Counted from the stretch's first letter, positions 33,166 to 46,103 are shown. The stretch: 64,000 nucleotides of DNA from Histomonas meleagridis 2922-C6/04-290x (GCA_020184695.1 JAANOX010000014.1:124001-188000); one strand, 5' to 3'. Notes: generated by a model not told the origin, from the sequence alone. Made by a program: numbers and translations.

Positions 33166-33599
33166 TAAAATATGATATGACCATATATGCATTGAAATTA
33201 ATTTGAATTTGCAGAAATTGACATTTTTATATTTATTTAAAAATAAATGACAAAAATCGTATAACTTCACGTGGAAGTTGAACTTGAACAAAATTTAAAA
33301 TCCTTGGTAAAGCTTTTTTGCATAGCACATCATGATTACAAAGTGAAGCATAACTTATCATTTTTTTTTTCAAAATATTTGAAATTGAATATACGTTCTC
33401 TATAAAACATTCGATTCAAGATTACACCACGAATATCGATATCAGATCTGAGGCTTCAGTTAAAAAAAGTCGTAGTCATTGGGTTTTTAATACTTATCCC
33501 AACCACCATACCATTTCCATTCGTGTACTTGCATCCTATATGTCATGCTTGCAAACTTGAAGAAAAACCACAGGAACTCATTCCGATTGTTTCATCATC

Positions 33600-34607
33600 A
33601 TAATTCCAAGCTTTGTTGTCTCAGAAGAAAATTTTAAATATTCGAATTATGAAAACGATGGCGTTTTATATAATAAAGAAATTACATATATTATTAGTTA
33701 TCCGAATATGAAAAGTAAAACATTTACAATTCCTAAATCAGTCATTTCTATTATGAATTATTCTTTTGCATATTGTAATAATTTAGAAAGAATTTTTATT
33801 GATGAAAATGTTGAATATATTAATTCATGTGCATTTACTAATTGTACATCACTTCAATGTATTCATTTTAAAGGAGAAATATCATCAGAAATACAAAATG
33901 ATGCATTTGTTAATATAAATGCGACATTAGTTATGACAATAGAAACATATCAAAATGAAACATTTGGAAATATTAATGTTACTAAGGGAACAACACTTGA
34001 CGAATGTCTCCTGCCAACACGCACATTCACATACACACAAAGTGATACATTCACTAACTCGAACACATTCACTTCATCAGTTGCTTATTCATCGGATGTA
34101 ACTTTATCTTTAACACATTCGTTCACTTTAACACACTCGTTATCTATTACACTTTCGATTACATTTTATAGTAAATATATAAATACAATTTCATTGTTAA
34201 CATTTGAATCCACTTATAGTTATATATCGACAAATGTCATTTATTACGATTACACTGTTATATATTATTCGTCTTATTATAGTTATTATTCTGACTTTTA
34301 CACATTAGTTGTCACTGATTATGATAATACAGCAAAAGATAATTCGATATCAAATGAATTGTTAATTGGTTTTATATGCGGCGCTATTGTGATAGTTTTG
34401 GTAATTGCCGGAATCGTAATATTTATGATTAAATATCAAAATAAGAAGCGAAAACAAAATGAAGAAGAAATGAATATTTCAGATGAAAATAATAATAAAA
34501 TTAAAGAAATAGATAATACATTTTCAGTTGGTATTAATAATTCAAATATTGAAGAAGATCCATTTGCAGACGATTTCAAAGAAGAAAAATTTATCAATCA
34601 GATATAA
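33600..34607 (+). CDS. BspA-like (LRR_5) surface protein, probably 5'-truncated, with Thr/Ser/Tyr-rich stalk, TM helix and acidic tail
   Basis: DGVLYNKEITYIISYP, FTIPKSVISIMNYSFAYCNNLE and AFTNCTSL motifs; TM LLIGFICGAIVIVLVIAGIVIFMI; tail EEDPFADDFKEE. Confidence 0.8.
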   Translation: MIPSFVVSEENFKYSNYENDGVLYNKEITYIISYPNMKSKTFTIPKSVISIMNYSFAYCNNLERIFIDENVEYINSCAFTNCTSLQCIHFKGEISSEIQNDAFVNINATLVMTIETYQNETFGNINVTKGTTLDECLLPTRTFTYTQSDTFTNSNTFTSSVAYSSDVTLSLTHSFTLTHSLSITLSITFYSKYINTISLLTFESTYSYISTNVIYYDYTVIYYSSYYSYYSDFYTLVVTDYDNTAKDNSISNELLIGFICGAIVIVLVIAGIVIFMIKYQNKKRKQNEEEMNISDENNNKIKEIDNTFSVGINNSNIEEDPFADDFKEEKFINQI

Positions 34608-35884
34608 GTAAACATATTTTAAGAACAAAATATTTTAATTTGTTTATTAATTTAATAAATACAATCATTTTTGTTATTTAGAAAATTTATGTTTCTTCTA
34701 TTATATGATTATTATAGTAAATCCAATTTATCCAAATCATAAATACTAAAAGTAAATGATAAATTATATTAAAGAAAAAAATTGGAAATTTAGAGATATT
34801 ATGGTAAAAATGCATTATTTTTTCAAAAATCAAAAGAAAGATATTTCAATTTCAAATAAGTGTTCGTCTTGAGTAGTTCTGCTTTTATCTGTGATAACTT
34901 AAGTTTGGACAAAAAGTAAATTATTATGAAAATAACAAATATATCGTTAATTCATCGAATAATTAACGCATTTTTTAACATATTATGAAGTTCAAAATCA
35001 TTATGTAAAAGTTTATCATAATTTTCTTGATGTTTTCCTAAAATGATCAGCGTTCATCAATCAAACAAAGCATAATTTTTAAATATATACCTTGGTCAGC
35101 TGGATATATGAAAGCTTACAATTTTACTTGAAAAATGCATACCACCACTTCATAGAACTTTTTGATCATATTTCTTCATTGATGAAAAGAGAATTTCTTG
35201 AATTTGTTATTCGTATTCATACATGGTCTTAATTATTTTCGATTTTCTTGATAGTTAACAAGAGTTTGGCAATAGGAAAATTCATGATCAAAAAAATATC
35301 TACAAAAATTTATTTACTAAAACATGATGTTAATTTTGCAAAACATAAAAAAAAAAACATTATAATTTTGCTATAGTAAAAATATGTGATTGGGTGATCA
35401 ACCTCCTTCTTTTCATCTCTTTGTTATAGTTTTATTTTTTTCTATGTAACGATAGAATTCAAAATTTCCACTTTTTCAGTGAAAACTTCATCGATAGACA
35501 TTTTCCAAAATGACTTTTTCTAAAGAATTTACTTTCAAAAACATGTTAAAAAAACATAACAATATTTTATTTTTACAGCTGTTTGCTTTTTGTTTGATTT
35601 GCTTTACAATAGTAAATATTCGAAAAGTGACACATCTACAAAATTAATCACCTGAATCACAAAAATATTGTCTTGCTTTGGAAAAGTAATAATATGTTTG
35701 GAATTGAGAAGTTTACAAATGCTTCACAAAAAAATTGTCTATCCTATCAAAAAAATTCAACTAATCGTTTTCGCCATGAACCGCCCTCTCAAAAAGTGGA
35801 GAAATATTTTCCAGGAAGTCCCTATAAAATTTTACGAGAAACCCGCCAAACAATATCTCAATAAACAACATCTTTCTTCATTTA

Positions 35885-36054
35885 TTCCATCATCACTTGT
35901 ACATTCTTATTCCTTCACTCATTCCATCATCACTTGTACATTCTTATTTTTTTATTCATTCCATCATCACTTATACATTCTTATTCCATCATTACGTTTA
36001 CATTCTTATTTCTTCACTCATTCCATCATCACTTGTACATTCTTATTCCCTCAA
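35885..36054. repeat. Subterminal tandem repeat, about 37-bp unit TTCCATCATCACTTGTACATTCTTATT(CCTTCACTCA), 5 copies
   Basis: Read directly from the sequence; one unit is shortened to about 25 bp. Confidence 0.9.
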
Positions 36055-36146
36055 TTCTCATAATTTCATATCCATAATATAAATTATCATATTATCATTA
36101 TTGATCTTCCAGAAAATTTGTTTTAAAATATTTTTTTTTATTGTTA

Positions 36147-37570
36147 TTACTTATTTTTTTTTGGACATGTTTGCGCATTATGCCCAAAACAATGACAATT
36201 GCTACATTGATATGATTTCGTGGTTTTTGGCTTTCCTCCAAAAACCACATTTTTAGAGAGATGTTTTGGAAATTGCCCTTTCCTTGCAATTGCAGATGGC
36301 ATTCCAATGTTTACCTGTTTTTTGATGATTTCTGCTTTTTCAAAAGAATCATCAAAAAGTTGTGAAACCTCTTGATTTTGATGAGCAAGAGAAGCCAAAG
36401 GCGATATCTTTGCCATTATTGAGGTATAATCTTTTTTCTCATTGTTCTTTATATCCTCAATAATATCGACTTTGGTTTGTTCAGCAGAAGGGATTTTTCT
36501 GAGATACCTATTAGGAATATCCTTTAATTCAATTTCATTAATTGTCATCAAAATATGACGACAAAGAATTGAAAATTCTGGTGCTTTATTGCGGAGAATA
36601 CACCAACAACAAACTGTAGGTTCATAAATATCAATTTGTGCCTTTAAATACTCATCAGTAAGTGTATTTGCAAATATGTCTCCAATCATATTTTTGTCTT
36701 CTTCCTTTATAAGCAAGATATGTGCAAAATGATTGTTTAATGAGTGACTTATTGATTTGACAATTAAAATGTGTGCGAGATTATTTAATCTCTCTATTGA
36801 TTGAATAATGGTCATCTGTGAAAATTGGTAATTTGTTTTATAGCGAGAAAAAAATATTTTCTACAGTGATGTATTTATACATTTTTCAGATACTCCTTGA
36901 AGAGCCAAATCTAATGGAAGCCAGTGCTCTCTAAGCTTAATCAAATTTGATAATTAATCTCTTCCATTTGATTCTTTCTCTTTACATTTATTTTCAAGCA
37001 AATTTATAAAAACTTCACAATAATCCATATTTAATCTCATTTTGAATAACACTTGCATGATTTCCATATCATGAAGAGTCTCATAATTTCGTTTAATATG
37101 AACCAAACATAATCCAATGATAGATTCTGGATAGATTACTCTCACAGAATTGAATTGTGTTATACATAAGAATAATTCCTGGTGGAACCCCATTTAATTG
37201 TTGATCGCGTATTTTTTTGATTGTAGTGGAATCCATTAAGTTCCTATGAGCTAAATAAAAATCCACATATAATGGATGTGAATGTTTTAATTTTGATTTA
37301 ATTTTATTGAAAGAAAAAAACATAATATTATCAATTATCACTATCATAAAAACCAACTTTGAATTACAACAAATTAAACCAGATCTTTTTCCATGGAAAG
37401 TACAGCAGAAAACATAATTTCTATTTTTATTATGCGTTTGAGATGCAGAATAATAAATACCAATGTTATTTGTAATTTCTGTGATAAAATGTGTAATCGT
37501 TAGATACTTTTTGTATGGAAAAGATGTCATCTTGATCTGGGAGCATTCTTCAATAATTTGTTCCATTCCC
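36147..37570 (-). pseudogene. MULE-type transposase relic
   Basis: FAR1/WRKY-like CC..HSHPL N-terminus, CLVHIKRN (CxxH), SWIM-like C.C...LCRH and C-terminal CSNCHCFGHNAQTC knuckle. It is split across frames and the DDE core is largely missing. Confidence 0.8.
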
Positions 37571-38728
37571 TTTTTTAAAAATGAACGTCAATTTTCTGAA
37601 AACATTTCTCCACTTTTTGAAAGGGCGGTTCATGGCGGAAACGATCACCCAAAAGATTCTCTTACTTCACAAAAGTGATTGGCAAAAAAGTGACGCTCGT
37701 AAAAAATAATATGTATATATATAAAATATTTTCCTCCACAAAAGTAAATATACAAAAATCGAATCAAAATAAATTTGACACGACACTTTATTTGAATTAT
37801 TTGCGCCTACATTATTTCTTTGCCCTATAGGGGTACGAGTGTGATGAGCACCAAATTAAATTTATCTATTCTCTTAATATTTTTTAGCAAAAACATTTTA
37901 AATTCATAAAACATATCTATGATGATATAGAGATTATTTTGAGCATTGATTTTTTTGAAAAATTAAAAATCAAATAATTATACATTTTTTTAAAAAATTT
38001 GGTTTTTTGATATTTTTCGATGAACATAGGATTTATAATTGAAGTTTAATAATTTGTATATATAATTTAATTTTTTTATTGAGTATTCATCATGAAAATG
38101 CACTATTTAAGACCATGAATAAGGAAAAATAAACAATTCAAAAATGCAGATATTTACTTTTATTAAGCGAGACATTTACTTTTGTGAAGCAAGCCAAACA
38201 AAAAGCAAACAGCTGTACAAATATTCTAATTACATTTTGCAAGTAGTTCTCTATAATTTGTTCTAACTCTTGATAGTTCCTCCAACAAATCATTTTGCCT
38301 TGCGTTTTGTTCCTTATTCATTATTCATTGCCTTAATTCTTCTTTTTCAACATTTTCTTTTCTTTCGTTTTCGAGTTCATTTTTCTTTTTTCTCTCCATT
38401 TCATTATCATCTATTTCATTCACCAATGGATACCAAAATAGGATGCTCGGGTTCACAATTTTGTATTAATTTAATGTATAAATTCAATGGATAGGACTAT
38501 TTCAAAATCATATTTCAAATAAAAATATTTTTTTATAATTTTGAGTTTAAATTATGATATCTCTATATATTTCCACAATTAATTTTAATTTTTATTCATA
38601 ATTATTTTAAATCTAAATATATCGTTAACCAAATTAAAAAAATTTGAATGAATGGGACTTTTTTTCTTGGATGGGACCTTTTCCGTCCACTATAATTATT
38701 TATTATGAAGATAAAATATTAACTAAAT

Positions 38729-41377
38729 TTATTCTACCACATGAAGAAGTTCAACGACTTTTTTGTGACCATTGGAGGATGCGTAATCGAGCGCTGTTTT
38801 AAATAATTTAAATAATTTCCAAATATTATTTTAAAATATCAAATTCTTAAAATAAATATCAAATAAAACAAATAAATATCTTTAGCATTAATATCAATTC
38901 CTTTTTGTTCAAGAAGTAATTTAACGATTTCTAATTTACCATTTCTAGATGCTAACATAAATGCTGTTTCAAATAATTTAAATAATTTTCAAATATTATT
39001 TTGAAATATAAAATTATTAAAATAAATTTCAAATAAAACAAATAAATATCTTTAGCATTAATATCAATTCCTTTTTGTTCAAGAAGTAATTTAACGATTT
39101 CTGTACGACCATTTAAGGATGCCCAAATAAGTGCTGTCCAAAATAATTTAAATTATTTCCAAATATTATTTTGAAATTAGAAATTATTAAAATAAATATT
39201 AAATAAAACAAATAAATATTTTTAGCATTAATATCAATTTTTTTTTGTTCAAGAAGTAATTTAACTATTTCTGTTTGACCATAATAAGATGCTTCATTAA
39301 GTGCTGTATTAAATAATTGAAATAATTTCCAAATATTATTTTGAAATATAAAATTCTTAAAATAAATATTAAATAAAACAAATAAATATCTTTAGCATTA
39401 ATATCAATTCCTTCTTGTTCAAGAAGTAATTTAACGATTTCTGTACGACGATTTAAGGATGCCAATATAAGTGCTGTTCTAAATATTTAAAATAATTTCC
39501 AAATATTATTTTGAAATATCAAATTATCTAAATAAATATTAAATAAAACAAATAAATATCTTTAGCATTAATATCAATTCCTTCTTGTTCAAGAAGTAAT
39601 TTAACGATTTCTGTACGACCATTTAAGGATGCAAACATAAGTGCTGTTTGAAATAATTTAAATAATTTCCAAATATTATTTTAAAATAAAAAATTATTAA
39701 AATAAATAATAAATAAAACAAATAAATATCTTTAGCATTAATATCAATTTTTTTTTGTTCAAGAAGTAATTTAACTATTTCTGTTTGACCATAATAAGAT
39801 GCTTCATTAAGTGCTGTATCAATAAATTTGAATAATTTCCAAATATTATTTTGAAATATTAAATTATTAAAATAAATATTAAATAAAACAAATAAATATC
39901 TTTAGCATTAATATCAATTCCTTCTTTTTCAAGAAGTAATTTAACTATTTCTATATAACCTTTTTCAATTGCCAATATAAGTGCTGTTTCAAATAATATA
40001 AATAATTTCCAAATATTATTTTGAAATATTAAATTATCTAAATAAATATTAAATAAAACAAATAAATATCTTTAGCATTAATATCAATTCCTTCTTTTTC
40101 AAGAAGTAATTTAACTATTTCTGTATGACCTTCATAAGATGCTCTAATAAGTGCCGTAAAAAATATTTAAAATAATTTCCAAATATTATTTTGAAATATC
40201 AAATTATCTAAATAAATATTAAATAAAACAAATAAATATTTTTTGCATTAATGTCAATTCCTTCTTGTATTAAAATATATTTAACAAGTTCAATATTTCC
40301 TGACTCTGATGAAAATACTAAAATATCTTTCGGAATTTGATTACTTTCAAGAAAATGTTTAATGAGAAATATGTTTCCAATACTTGCTGATTCATCAATA
40401 ATGTTTTCGCAAATTAGCATCCCTTCATTCTGTAAAAATATAAAAATTTCATAATTATGAGATGAAATACACTTCTTTCCAAATTCTTCTAAATTATTAA
40501 TTTCTGCAATTCTATTTTCATAAAGATATTTAAAGATATCATTTCGATGAAATTCAATTGCTGTTTCATATGCACCTTCAAATGATGAATGATTTTGTTC
40601 ACATAAATGAATGATTTCTTCATTTCCACCAGCAACTGCATATTTACCTGAATTTTCAATATTAGCACCATTCATAAGTAAATATTTAAAACATTTAATT
40701 GATCCGAAAAATGCTGAATAATCAATTATTGTAACATTTTGTGTATTAATAAAAGAACATCTTTCATAAAGTGATGGTTCAATTGTTTGATTAAAATTAA
40801 AATCATTTTGTGATGATATTTCTTGAATTTTTTCTATTTCATCATTTCGAATTATTTTTGCAATTTCATTCGGATTAGCTCCTTCTTTAATTAATTTCTT
40901 ATGAAGTTCCCAATTATTCCTTGAAAGTTCTTCAAAGTTTCCAATTTTTCCTTTCAAATATTCATTTTCTTCTAGAAATTTTTTGGACATGTAATGTATA
41001 AAATATGATTCTTCTCTTATCTGTTTAACTATGTTTGATTCGCATAAATTTTCTTGAATCATTCTCTCAAGAAAATAATTTGATTCTTGAGAATCTATAT
41101 TTAAAATCATTTGTAAAAAAACTTTATGTATTTTACTTTGAATTTGTTTCTTATCTTCAATTTTTTTTATTTCTTTAATGAAAATCATATAAACTTCTAA
41201 ATCATTCATACCTGATACAAATGATGAATAAATTATTTGACTAATAAGTAAGTTAAATGAATACTGATAATTATTATCAAGTATATCAAACACTGAAATA
41301 GCTGCTTGAACAACATTTTCTTTATTTAAGGAAAATATTTTTTGTTGAATAAACTGAATTGTTTCCCAATTGTTCAT
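38729..41377 (-). CDS. DUF3447-type ankyrin protein, about 678 aa after removal of 36 17-nt inserts (9 hairpins x 4)
   Basis: All 9 junctions parse as 17/3/17/3/17/3/17. The ORF ends in a capping-type repeat TALDYASSNGHKKVVELLHVVE* (TAA 38731-38729). Upstream in-frame ATGs lie at 41437 and 41497. Confidence 0.85.
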
Positions 41378-42499
41378 TTTTGTTTTATAGTAACGGACAA
41401 GCAAACCTAGTGAAAATCCTTTCGCCCTTATCGACATATTCAAAAAAGTGGGAATTGATATGAAAATTGTCGGGGGATCGTTTTTTGCTGCAGACAAACC
41501 TTGTCAATTTTAGTAGAAATAAAATCGGGTAAAAAAGGCGGGGAATTCCCCGGGGTTTTTCAAAAATGTGATATAAAAAAATTGTTCTCACAAAGATTGA
41601 AGAAACACCTGTTGTTCTCTTTGCTTTTTTAATCGACTTTTTGGACATTTTCGTTTTTAATTTCAATCTTTAGTGCAGCTCATTAAATCATTTGGTCCCT
41701 CTCATATGTGATTTAGTACACCAAATTTATTAATATAGAAATTCAATCATTTTATCCATCACATTTAGACTTTCAATATACACATATAGTTTTATATCTC
41801 ATTTAATCATTACTAACTCATTTATCTCTCTCTTTCAAACATCTATTATTTACTTAATCATTTTTTGTATTTTTGTCTTTTTTGTTTAATTTTTTAGTAT
41901 GTATTTTAAAATAGCTTTTGTGTTTTTAAATCTTTAGCTATATGTTTGAAAATGTGGTTTGACTTCCCCAGTTTATTTCTTCAGTTTTTGAATATAAATC
42001 CGATGATTTTTCATTCATTTGATTCTATCGTTGGAAATCTGCATTGAGTTTATTAAAATTATCCTTATTCTAAAATGTACACCCTTTTTTCCCCTCCAAT
42101 ATTATTATTATTCTTTCAACAGATATGTGAATTTAAATATATTATAATGTTTTATTTATTATTAATAAATCTTTTATTCTCTTTCTTTTTCAGCATATGT
42201 TATTTATAAAATTTTTAATTAAGGGCATTCACCAGAATATGAAACTCAAAAAATGTGAAGAAATTCTAAAAATCAATAATTCATAAGATTTTGTTGAAGC
42301 TAGCTTCTCAATGATTTTTTCATATCAGATATTTCAAAATCTGAAGTTTTGCTCCATCTATTTTTATCTAACAAATTTAATTACAGCAAAATGACATCTA
42401 AATTATTTTTTTTCTACTAAAATTGACAAGGTTTGTCTGTAGCAAAAAACGATTGACCAAAATTTTCTTGTCGAAAAAGTTATATTTTAACGGTCATAA

Positions 42500-43590
42500 A
42501 ACCGTTTGATTTTATGATGGAAGTAAATGTGGTTGAATATATTGTTAATGAAAGCAATAATATTAAATAATAATTAAGTGTTGATTCATTAAGTTGAACA
42601 ATATTAAATTATTGATTTATTGTGCTAAATAATTAATTCCTTGTTTCTAATTCGTCTGATCCATCATTATCTTGTCCTACTTTAATGGATGATGAATTAA
42701 ACCGTTCGGGAGCTCTTTCAATTGAAGGACAAAGTTCTAAACTTTCAAGAATTATTTTCACAAATGGCTTTAATTTCGGCCAACTCAATTACAATTTCTT
42801 CTGCTTCTGTTTCCATATCTAATACGTCACTAAATTCGCCTTTGATAACAGTAAATCAAAACTTCGAATTACATCTAATTCTACACTTCAATCTAACAAA
42901 ATATCACTTTCAGGTGATCTTTATTTTGAAAAAGGATCAATTATTAACACGCCAGAAATCGAAATTACTGAAAAAGGTCATGTATTTTCCTCTTCGAATA
43001 ATTCATCTATCAACAATTTTAAAGTTGAAGGCATACTTTTTATCAATGGACACATTAAAATGTTATCACTAACATTCATTCATTTTAGTATACTTAATTT
43101 CAAATGTTGGTTTTCTTTAATCACATGGCAATCACATGGTAATATTTATGGGCCAATCAGACTTCAAGAGTAATTAGAAGTTTGCAAAGTTGAAAATAAA
43201 ATTAATACAGAATACTGTAACATTTTCTTTTGTGATACAGAAGGCTTTGAATCACTTCAAGGTGATTTCATAATACTAATAAAAACAGAAAACATATGGA
43301 CAAACTGTACGATGGATTTTTTTTTTTTAACTTTTTTGCTGAAAACAATATACCAAAAATATCTTGATGATATTGGTATTATTATATGAGGAACATATCA
43401 ATATATTAACGATGTTCCTGAAGATGATGTTTGTCTTAATGCTTATTGGAAATCATTTCAAGATATAGTAACTTTGATAAATGATACAATAAAAAATAAA
43501 CCTGAAATAATATATTTTTGTTTTTTCGAACAGCACTTGGAATTGCAGTTGAGAATGGAGATGTGGAAATTTTATCGATGCTTTATGAAT
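42500..43590 (+). pseudogene. Mosaic of gene scraps: beta-rich surface-protein-like piece, GBP-like piece (CDTEG), unknown piece, single ankyrin piece
   Basis: Short frameshifted open stretches, e.g. NIFFCDTEGFESLQG at about 43210-43265 and RTALGIAVENGDVEILSML at 43527-43585. Confidence 0.45.
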
Positions 43591-44048
43591 GAATTTCATT
43601 AACTTAAATAAAAAAATGAGAAAATGGTGTAAGAAAGTTTTCCAACAGAATCAAATGGATGAAAAAAATATATTCATATTCAAAACTGATGAAAAATCAT
43701 CACATTATCATTATTTATCAGTAAAAACGTGAATGTTAAAAGATTTTTGTTGCGTGATACATAAATTTGATATTTTTAGCGTAGGAAAATCAATAATTTT
43801 TGTTCGCAAAGTATTACGTAATGAAATATTGTCAAGCTGCAACTATAATTATAGTGTATATTATTTTTTTCCCGAGAAACATAAAATTGAATCGAAAGTA
43901 CAATTCCAAACACCAAAAATTTGCCTTGTCAGCACCTTATTCTCGTTAGATTCACAAATATCATACTATTTTATCACAAACACGAAGATTACACATGTAA
44001 AACGATCAACGAATTTAAAGCTATTATTTAAATGTTTGTTCCTCGAAG

Positions 44049-45479
44049 TCAGCTATTGCCTCCAAGCAACCATCCGCCCTTTTGCATTGCGTATTTCTTT
44101 AATTTCTCCACTTTACTCTTGTCACATGAATCCTTATCCATCAGAATGAACAACGCGTTTCCTTGGTCCTCATTAATTACTGCATCGAACGCGTTGATAT
44201 TCTTAAATGAGTTAACTTTATACGAAGAGTTTGGTTCTCCTCCGTTCTTCAGCAACACAATTAACGCGTCTTCATTCCCTTTAGATGCAGCCATGCATAC
44301 AGGGTGCATAACACCTTCTATTTTTTCATGATTAAATTCCTTTATATTTGCTCCGTATTTAAATAACATTTCTACTGTCTTCGGATTACCTCCTTCAGCA
44401 GCAGCTAATAAATATTTATCCTAATTATCGGATGTAAAGTTGTGACACTTGTTCATACATTTTAATCCGTATTCTAAACATCAGGCGCATAGTAATAAGC
44501 TGCGAAATCATGATATTGTATTACAGGAAATTTCGTGTTTTCTTTATAATATTCTAAGATGTCAACAAAGTTATTCTTTGTCGCTGCTTGTAAAGGAGTA
44601 ACTTTAATTTTCGTTTGAATTGTTGTTATTGGTAACTTTAATAAATTATACATGGAAACTATTAAGACCCAACCGAATGTACATGCCATATAGACGGCAT
44701 CTTTCCCATCCGAATTAACATTAGTTGGCTTAGCTCTTTTGGTTATTATTAAGTACATTAATAAGTCGCGATAACCTTTAGCTGCTGTCATTGTAACTAA
44801 ACATTCTCCGGTATATGGAATTGATTTATATATTTTCCCATTTAATCCTGAAAACCCAGTCAAGCGTAATGTTATAACATTATACCTTCTTTGTTTTGAT
44901 ATAATTTCACTTCGCCATAATAATTTTTCACTGTTCCAGGAACTCAGAGTTTGGTTCACATTCTTCAAATAATGCTCTAAAGCAATTGTAATTAGTGTAA
45001 TTCGGATTAAGTTTATCCAATGGATAACAATCAAAGATTACGTGATAATTACGCGCTTGAAACATCAGCAATGTTAAGTTCAAGTTATAGATATGATCAG
45101 TAAGTTTCATTTGATGCTTACTTCATAAGTAATCAAACATCGCATGTTCATTACTTAATGCTGACGCACATAAACATCCAGTAATGTCTTGTGGACACTT
45201 AGATAAAAGACGTTCAAATAACTCAATGTCTCCAATATAACACGCAGAATGAATCGCACACCAACCTTCCGTATCAGAGGTATCAATTGGAAGTTTCTTT
45301 TCTTCTAAAAAGAACTCAATGCATTGACGAGATTTGAATAAAATGGCAGTGGATAAAAGTGGTTGTTTTAATGATGGCATGTCAGCAATTAATGTGATGA
45401 AAAAATTTATGGTTTCAATATCGTCTTGATATAACTTACGAACTGTATCAAAGACAGTATATTGAAATATACCTTTCAT
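44049..45479 (-). pseudogene. Ankyrin-repeat gene broken by in-frame stops and frameshifts; hairpins lack 17-nt inserts
   Basis: DTEGWCAIH and NSDGKDAVY hairpins are intact; in-frame TGA near 45123, frameshifts near 44930 and 44475, in-frame TAG near 44420. Confidence 0.7.
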
Positions 45480-45503
45480 GAAATGTAAGAAAATATTTAT
45501 TTT

Positions 45504-46103
45504 TTATTTCTTGCCCTTCTTTGAAACGCGAGCCATGTAGAAGTCAAGTTCTTCGCCTTCAAGGATATAACCATCAGCACGACCACATTGACCTGGACGT
45601 GATGCAATGGCAGCAAGAACACGACCTTGATCAAATTGGGAAACTAAGTTGTTGGCAAGTGGTGCTTCGTTAGCGAGTTTTTCCCATCTTTGTTTGACTC
45701 TCTCGCTGACATTTGCTGGTTTCTCATATTGTGAACGGCCAAGTCCTTTGCCATAATGGCGTTCATACCATTGCTTGAATGGAGCTGAATCAATTGAAAC
45801 AATTGAACCCTTTGTAAGTGTGTTTGTACGAACAAATTCGTTATCGGATGGGTGATAAACTGTAGAAAGGATACGTGTCTTACGTGAGACGTTTTCAGAT
45901 GCCCATGAAAATGTACCATGATCAAGACGGAGTGCCCTGCGCTTGTAGTTACCACCACGTGTACGAACAAGATGGATTCTCTTTTCACCAATACGTGTGT
46001 TAGCAGCTGGACGACCAACAGCATGATTACGCTTGTTACGCCATGCGACTGAACGTGCACCAGACTTTGCACGCTTAAGATCTCCCATACGAGTTATACC
46101 CAT
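45504..46103 (-). CDS. RPS8: 40S ribosomal protein S8 (eS8)
   Basis: MGITR..., RTRGGNYKRRALRLD, VRTNTLTKG and SRPGQCGRADGYILEGEELDFY. Confidence 0.98.
   Translation of the reverse strand: MGITRMGDLKRAKSGARSVAWRNKRNHAVGRPAANTRIGEKRIHLVRTRGGNYKRRALRLDHGTFSWASENVSRKTRILSTVYHPSDNEFVRTNTLTKGSIVSIDSAPFKQWYERHYGKGLGRSQYEKPANVSERVKQRWEKLANEAPLANNLVSQFDQGRVLAAIASRPGQCGRADGYILEGEELDFYMARVSKKGKK

Larger units (their letters stand above)
35576..38215 (-). mobile_element. Non-autonomous/decayed DNA transposon with 42-bp TIRs, flanked by TA, carrying a Mutator-like transposase relic
   Basis: The left end CAGCTGTTTGCTTTTTGTTTGATTTGCTTTACAATAGTAAAT matches the reverse complement of the right end at 38/42 positions, with TA on both sides. 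Confidence 0.85.

Noticed and set aside
34900-35430. Possible further DUF3447-ankyrin relic on the minus strand (LLHNDFELH-like text)
   Set aside because: Too degraded to delimit or support beyond one short motif.
38729-40240. Plain pseudogene decay or sequencing error as the cause of the broken arrays
   Set aside because: Disruptions have a fixed length, position and consensus, and their removal gives stop-free ORFs with consensus hairpins. Random decay or indel error would not do this.
41539-41552. Perfect 14-bp GC-rich palindrome CGGGGAATTCCCCG upstream of the 41-kb gene
   Set aside because: Single occurrence with no counterpart seen at the other family members, so no function can be supported.
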